A stretch of 64,000 nt of DNA from Candidatus Acidiferrales bacterium (GTDB lineage Bacteria; Acidobacteriota; Terriglobia; Acidiferrales; UBA7541), in contig JANWJR010000046.1 of assembly GCA_025451835.1 (NCBI GenBank), positions 5,173-69,172 of the forward strand, read 5' to 3'. The position numbers and the translations under genes were made by a program. The notes beneath the pieces were generated by a model. That model was not told where the DNA came from, made no database searches, and worked only from the letters and a program-made list of their open reading frames with translations. This document shows positions 62,857-64,000 of this stretch, in pieces. Numbering within the stretch: the first letter of the stretch is position 1; every line of letters starts with the position of its first letter.

Positions 62857-64000
62857 GTGGACACAAACATTCGCAGCCGAACACGCTCCGACGAATTATT
62901 TGATCACGCACAGAAATATCTGATCGAAGGTGTCAATTCGCCATCCCGCGGTCGGACCGTGTTTGAGCCGGGGCCCATTTTTATCGAGCGCGGGGAAGGT
63001 TGCCGAATATGGGATGCCGACGGCAACGAATACATTGACTTCATGATGTCGTTTGGGGCGCTGATTCATGGTCACGCCCACCCGGCGATTGTGTCCGCTG
63101 TTTCGCAGGCGATCGCCGGAGGCTCGCACTTCGCGTCGGCCACGTCCGCCGAAGTCGACGTGGCTGAACGCTTCTGCCGGATGGTTCCGTCCGCGGAAGC
63201 CATCCGCTTCACGAACAGCGGTACGGAAGCAACGATGCTCGCTCTGCGTCTCGCTCGCGCCGCAACAGGACACACGAAATTTGTGAAGTTCGAAGGCCAT
63301 TACCACGGGTGGTACGATCCGTATCTTTTGAATGCACACGCGCATCCGCCCAGAAAACTTGGCGCTCCTGAGAATCCTGCTCGCATCCCGGATTCAGCGG
63401 GTGTTCCGCCGGCGACGTTCAATGATGTTGTGCTAGCGCCGTGGAATGACGCCGCCAGGCTCGAAGCGATCTTGCAAAAGCATGCGCATGAACTCGCAGC
63501 CATCATCACGGAACCAATCATGGCGAACATGGGATGCATACCGCCGCGCGATGGGTATCTCGCGCAGCTTCGAGAATTAGCGACAAAATATGGCGTGCTG
63601 CTCATCTTCGACGAAGTTGTCACGGGATTTCGCTACGCGCCGGGCGGATGCCAGGAATTCTATGGAGTGCGACCCGACCTCAGCACGTTTGGCAAAGCGC
63701 TGGGCGCGGGGTTTCCGATCGGAGCGATAGCAGGCCCGCGTTCGATTCTCAACCGGATGAAGTGGGGTGAGGACATGGTGCTGCACTACGGCACGTTCAA
63801 CGGCCACCGTCTCACGATGAAAGTGGTCACAACGAGTCTCGATCTGCTGATGGCCGAGAACAAAGCGGCGTATCGCAAGCTGCATCATCTTGGCGATCAG
63901 GCAATCGCCGGTCTGCGCAGTATCTTTGAACGTCGCAAGATCGGAGCGGTCGTACAGGGCTTTGGCCCGATGTTTCAAATTTACTTCACGGACCGAACGG
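62857..64000 (+). CDS. class III aminotransferase (glutamate-1-semialdehyde aminomutase-like), 3' end outside window
   Basis: Absent from ORF track (open at the window end). My translation gives GVNSPSRG..., FTNSGTEATMLALRLARA, LIFDEVVTGFR, and the PLP lysine in TFGKALGAGFPIGA. The start is GTG 62857, TTG 62851 or GTG 62839, after GGAG at 62842. Confidence 0.85.
   Translation, partial: MDTNIRSRTRSDELFDHAQKYLIEGVNSPSRGRTVFEPGPIFIERGEGCRIWDADGNEYIDFMMSFGALIHGHAHPAIVSAVSQAIAGGSHFASATSAEVDVAERFCRMVPSAEAIRFTNSGTEATMLALRLARAATGHTKFVKFEGHYHGWYDPYLLNAHAHPPRKLGAPENPARIPDSAGVPPATFNDVVLAPWNDAARLEAILQKHAHELAAIITEPIMANMGCIPPRDGYLAQLRELATKYGVLLIFDEVVTGFRYAPGGCQEFYGVRPDLSTFGKALGAGFPIGAIAGPRSILNRMKWGEDMVLHYGTFNGHRLTMKVVTTSLDLLMAENKAAYRKLHHLGDQAIAGLRSIFERRKIGAVVQGFGPMFQIYFTDRT

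Noticed and set aside
1-64000. Search for CRISPR arrays, tRNA/rRNA genes, IS elements or transposases, integrases, and phage or toxin-antitoxin modules
   Set aside because: I found no direct-repeat arrays, cloverleaf-like segments, terminal inverted repeats or integrase/transposase-like ORFs by eye. Coding density and composition look like core chromosome. A tRNAscan or Infernal run would be needed to exclude small RNAs formally.

Overview
GC-rich, almost fully coding bacterial chromosomal window. The protein repertoire suggests Acidobacteriota, but this is an unverified guess. I saw no rRNA, tRNA, CRISPR array or IS element. Blocks: (1) 1-7455 (-), a purine catabolic operon: guanine deaminase, three-subunit xanthine dehydrogenase, allantoinase, an allantoicase-OHCU decarboxylase fusion, HIU hydrolase and the 5' end of uricase. 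(2) 7.5-10.7 kb, MFS and MATE efflux pumps. (3) 10.9-14.1 kb, a 1080-aa secreted BNR/sortilin-like protein. (4) 14.5-16.5 kb, class IV aminotransferase, CDP-alcohol phosphatidyltransferase and pterin carbinolamine dehydratase. (5) 17.0-20.5 kb, an Opu-type quaternary-amine ABC importer and a transglutaminase-like protein. (6) 20.7-37.5 kb (-), 16 co-directional, mostly translationally coupled genes: a GAF/PAS kinase, REC and NtrC-type sigma54 activator; then three uncharacterised genes; then a chemosensory core (CheY, CheW, MCP, CheR, CheA-REC hybrid with two Hpt domains, CheB, two more CheW); then a pseudo-receiver-DUF4388 protein and a REC-coiled-coil protein. (7) 37.8-45.9 kb (+), a divergent second che operon (TonB_C-like protein, MCP, CheW, CheR, CheA, CheB, CheY, CheX), faced by a PilZ-zinc ribbon-PilZ gene. 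(8) 46.9-51.5 kb, a TonB-dependent receptor and an S15 hydrolase. (9) 51.6-58.7 kb, a one-carbon/quaternary-amine island: PurU, CMO-like Rieske oxygenase, TetR, FAD oxidoreductase, BHMT and an APC permease. (10) 58.8-64.0 kb, a His-motif membrane/TPR protein, two SDRs and a class III aminotransferase. Main lead: three sigma54-type -24/-12 matches sit in front of the orphan trio, the che1 genes and the che2 operon. Each has upstream copies of the heptamer TGAGACG. This suggests the locally encoded sigma54 activator controls both chemosensory operons and the uncharacterised trio. All functions are inferred from motifs read by eye; no database search was run.
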